This document shows, in pieces, positions 59,764 to 64,000 of a stretch of 64,000 nt of DNA (position 1 is the stretch's first letter; each line of letters begins with the position of its first letter). The DNA is from Tubulanus polymorphus. Its lineage: Eukaryota; Animalia; Nemertea. Made by a program: the position numbers and the translations under genes. The DNA is taken from assembly GCF_964204645.1 (NCBI RefSeq), contig NC_134026.1, positions 3,867,950 through 3,931,949 on the forward strand, in the 5' to 3' direction. A model generated the notes under the pieces. That model ran no database searches and was not told where the DNA came from. It worked only from the letters and a program-made list of their open reading frames with translations.

Positions 59764-60394
59764 GTGACTCGTAGAAAGCTTGAAATACCATAATTGCATA
59801 ATGTGCATCATAAGCAACTAAGGTGTGGCTTTATGAATGTTTGAGAATCACCTATCGATACTATGGAGCACATAGGCGCCCTATAGGCCTACATTTAGGC
59901 ATAGACTACATATATTTATCTCTATAATCATTATTTTCTTCGAGCATGTATACTTAATATTACTCATATGTGTAAATTATTTGTAAATATTTTCAAGCCT
60001 CAGATATCAGTGTCTTTTTATCAAGTATAGATTATTATTATTATGTTACGAATAATGATTGAATGATTCTCTTTTGAAAAATCTCTTCATATTTTTGTTC
60101 ACAAAATTTACTCATGAGATTATTAACTACTATGATAATTTGTGCTTGCCGTGCTATATATAAGGCTTTCCATCGAAATATGCAGGGATGGATCGAAATT
60201 CTTCAAATTTAAGATTCTACCAAGGCCATCACAGATGAGTTTATCCAAATTACACCTTTTACTTTGAAACTCATAACATTATAGCATGCATTTAATTAGT
60301 GTACAATAAAGGATATGGCTAAAACGAATACCAATTGTTGGAAATTTGGTTTATGCGTAAGATACGGATTTGAGATGACAGATTGGAGGCCACA

Positions 60395-60670
60395 TGTGCC
60401 ACGTGGATTTGTTTGTACACTGAGCAGCAGGTGCCCGTGTTCATACAAGTGCCCGTTTCATTGTTCACGATTTGGAAATAGTAAATAAGTGTGTATGAAT
60501 ATGTTTATTATTTCGTTCGAAAATCGTTTAACATTTTCTGGTGGGAGAATTCATATCTAAAAAGATTATAAAATTAATTTAGATTATCATGGATAGATGG
60601 CAGCACGGATGTATCATGTGACCATTGATGACGTCAAAGCAAAACATCAACAAAACATCGTGACGTGTAG
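60395..60670 (+). promoter_or_regulatory. Candidate BNIP3 proximal promoter with E-box/HRE-core and CRE sites
   Basis: CCACGTGG at 60399-60406, TGACGTCA at 60629-60636 and TGACGTG (ACGTG core) at 60661-60667, all within 350 bp of the ATG. Confidence 0.5.
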
Positions 60671-60745
60671 GAGGAAGCTGCTCTAGGATATTACTCCGTA
60701 AAAGACGCAATTTAGGACTCTCAAATAATTCCAGATCATCGTACG

Positions 60746-61735
60746 ATGACGGAAAGACAGCTTAGCTCCCAAGAGGAGCCATTAAATGGTAAGAACGATG
60801 TACGACTGATGTAGTGATCGCTAGAGAGAGCGATTGTTTACATTATTATTCTCGAAATTAGTATGGATGGTGATGGTTGGTGGTGGGATGAATCAAACTC
60901 AAATTAATTATTTTATTGACTTAATAGACAGATGCTAACTACCTAAAAATGAAGTACTTGTAATTTTCCTTAATAGTGCTGATAGTGATGAAGTGCCAGT
61001 CGAAATACAGGCGGTACATAACCATTAGGGACACCTCTAAACTGCAGTCGCTGCTATTAAATTAATTAATTAATAATATATGAAAATCATTGTTAATTTA
61101 GGTCTAACTCTTAATCCTAAAATTATGAAAGGTTAGAACTGTCAGTTAGTCAGCCATCCCTGATAATATCTGAATCATTAGCCAGAAGGTCTGAAAATAA
61201 TATTGTTCTTGTTGTATGGTGACAAAGTTCGATGAAATCGAACAGGTTGTGATTGTGTAGAGGCCTATAGGCCTACATTGTACCGGTACACCAGCTGTAG
61301 GATAGGCATGGGTATTGTAATCATGCAGATTGACCTGGACAATCCTAAAGGGAAAAATTAAACCCATAGGGCTTATATCTTTTTCATGCAGGGGTCATTG
61401 CGAGGGCTGTTATGGCCAAGCAAGATTTAGGCCAATTGGTAATATGAAAATAATAATTCAGTGAAAATTTCAATTTCAGAATCATGGGTCGAACTTCACT
61501 TTCAGAACAATGGATTAGAACAATCTGAATCATTAAATTCTATTCATAACGGAAACATGGAGCATTTATTACGCGAAGCACAACTGGAATCATCGAGATC
61601 CTCGTCGAGGGTCACCAGTAACGCCTCGAGTAAACGAGGCAGTCCGAAGGGTACGCAAGGCCCTCCGAGTCCAAACCATACAGCATCGGACTGGATCTGG
61701 GATTGGTCGAGTCGGCCCGAGTTACAGCCTCCTGC
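60746..61735 (+). CDS. BNIP3: BNIP3/NIX-family mitophagy receptor, first two coding exons (60746-60788, 61480-61735); remainder beyond window
   Basis: The spliced join gives LNESWVEL (LIR motif), followed by MEHLLREAQLESS and DWIWDWSSRPELQPP; donor GC|gtaag at 61736. Confidence 0.9.
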
Positions 61736-62019
61736 GTAAGTCATCTTTTGCATCATACTAAAATCACAGATTTTCAGACTTTAGAAATATGTTCACCTTC
61801 AGTCAATTGTCAACTTGGATCGTCCTAAAAACCATTGCATTCTTCACCGAGAATGTTTCTGTTTCTGAAGTTTCAACGTACATTCATGAAAAATGTGTAG
61901 GCCTACAAGAGAAAATGTATTTTGTTAGACTAGATTAGGTATAAATGAATCATGAATATTCAGGGGTTCCATGCGGATGTCTAGTTATCCATTGAGGTTA
62001 TAGGCCTATGTACCCTTAT

Positions 62020-62516
62020 TAATGTCTATTTCAACCTGACTTGAGAGCATTCCGGGTGGCCTAGCTTGATCATTTTTGGTAGGACATACCTGATAAAGGT
62101 CTTAATAGGACCAGAAAGGACAGGCAGTGAACCTAAATCATCATTTTCTAATCCATTTGAAACTGTATTGAAGGATATCTAAAAAGTCTTCACTGAAAGG
62201 GGTTAAATGAAGAGAAGTGACTCCATGATTTGAAAGTTTAACAATATGTTTCCATGCCTACATACCAAACTTCAGTTGGTAGGCATGGAAAATTATTGTT
62301 AAACTTTCAAATCATGGAGTCACTTCTCTTCATTTAACCCCTTTCAGTGAAGACTTTTTGGATATTCTTCAATACAGTTTCAAATGGATTAAAAAACGAT
62401 GATTTAGGTTGACTGCCTGTCCTTTCTGGTCCTAGACCTTTATCAGGTATGTACTCCCAAAAATTAGTGAGCTCGGCCACCCGGAATGCTCTCAAGTCAG
62501 GTTGAAATAGACATTA
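62020..62516. mobile_element. ~500-bp near-perfect palindrome (foldback/MITE) in BNIP3 intron 2
   Basis: Left arm taatgtctatttcaacctgacttgagagcattccgggtggcc... is the reverse complement of the right arm ending ...gctctcaagtcaggttgaaatagacatta. The centre is at ~62268 with a short loop, and both ends are TA. Confidence 0.9.
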
Positions 62517-64000
62517 GAATCAATTAAGATATTTTCAATACTTGGATATTCGAATAGAAAATTCATACTTTGCAATGCATTAATATAATTCCATTTGTGG
62601 GAATTATCGCCATATATTCAGACATGATCAAACACTGTTTCATAAGAATGGTGAATTATTGCTGAAAAAATCGATATGTATAACAAGAGATTATTTATTA
62701 TTGTTAGAATCAAGTGGCGTGCTTTCATCGGGGAAATGGGCCACATAGGCAGTGAAAAATGAAAGCCAGACATCTGTTGATTTATTTGAGACTTGGCAAT
62801 AAAATAATTACGTACTAGACTTATTTATAAAGATGTACGTGTATTTGATCATGTAGGTGTTTTATTTCCGTTTCAACAAGAAAAATGGTCTAGATTTTTG
62901 TTTATCTAGAGCCAAAACTAATTTTTATCGTCTGGGTAAATAGAGACTAGTTCTCACCTACGCTACGATATAAATGTATATACTTAAGCATATGTTCTAA
63001 GCTACATTGTTTAATGATTGTTTGTTCATCTCATATCTAATAGAGGTACATATTTATATGAAATAGTTATCCAAGAAATGATGGAGAGTGGATGTGCATT
63101 TATTTTGCGCGCAGTATTTTCTTTTTAAATAACATCACGATCCGTGCACCGAGGGGGGAGAAATTTTCCAATAAATACATTCTTCTGATATAAAGTGCTC
63201 GCTAAGATCATCATTAGATCAAAACATATCAAAAGTTTGATGGATCTTTGAGAAATGTTGTTTATTGGCAACGTTACAACTCCGTGAAAAAGATGTTGTT
63301 ATACTTAAGTCTACCATGACTTTGCGACTTTCAGTGTTGAAATATTTTTCTAGCCTAGCCAACTCGGATATTGTCTAGTTGGACACATTTTCACATCTGA
63401 CTTGAGCAGAATCTCTGCGATTAGTGGCTTTATTTATCCCTTGTAACATATTCCATGACATCTCTTACAAATCTTTTTCGGTTTTAGAATCGTGCGCGCT
63501 ATGCCTCAAACCTTCTCGTAGATTGAAACCATTGTATACTGCTGCTTTAGGAAAATATATTCGCGCCGTATTCTATCCAAATGTCTTATATTTTATTTCA
63601 GTGATTGGGGCAGTAAATTCAAACATCCCGGACAGCAATTAAAGCCACGTCGACACAAATTGAGCGTTCGCAATACGAGCGTTATGCGCAGTAGTTTGTT
63701 CAATTTGGAGAACTTACCGACACTTTTACTCACTCATGCTTGTACATTCTTCCTCGGCGCGGCCACGTAAGTTCTTTTTTATTTGTCACTTTTTAATAGA
63801 GTTCTTCTCGAAGATTAGTCAGTAATGATGCTTGAATCATGTAGTAACCAGTTACTGTGGGTATAATTTTACAGCGGTGAATCTAGAGTCTGATTCAGGG
63901 AGGTGCGCACCCCCAAAATAGGGCACATCATATAGTTAAAAGTGCACCCTGAAAAAAAAACTCATGTTTGGAAATACTGAGAACAAGCTTATGACTTTTT

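Overview
This is AT-rich, gene-dense eukaryotic DNA with many short (~70-100 nt) GT-AG introns, consistent with a compact invertebrate animal genome; it is not prokaryotic. I reconstructed 14 spliced protein-coding genes by hand. In order: a PRXamide (neuromedin-U/pyrokinin/CAPA-type) GPCR (partial, -); an UNC-93-like MFS protein (-); an intron-containing homolog of bacterial PhnD phosphonate-binding proteins (+); a ~29-exon uncharacterised protein built from two tandem repeats, each starting with an RIIa/Dpy-30-like motif (-); ALG2 (+); WDR70 (-); GNS (+); an uncharacterised AT-hook protein with two apparent Ski/Dachshund-like domains (+); PACRGL (-); HSD17B14 (+); FAHD1 (+); ETF1/eRF1 (-); PSTK (+); and BNIP3 (partial, +). 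Five pairs are head-to-head. Several MITE-like inverted-repeat families lie in introns, including a ~500-bp palindrome. The most notable observations are the animal PhnD-like gene, the eRF1-PSTK divergent pair (the two competing fates of UGA), a strand-biased TGTCCA motif cluster in the ~4.8-kb non-coding stretch after PSTK, the HSD17B14-FAHD1 pair (possible fucose-catabolism micro-cluster) and the two uncharacterised domain architectures. All identifications come from recognised motifs, not database searches, and exon boundaries may be off by a few bases.
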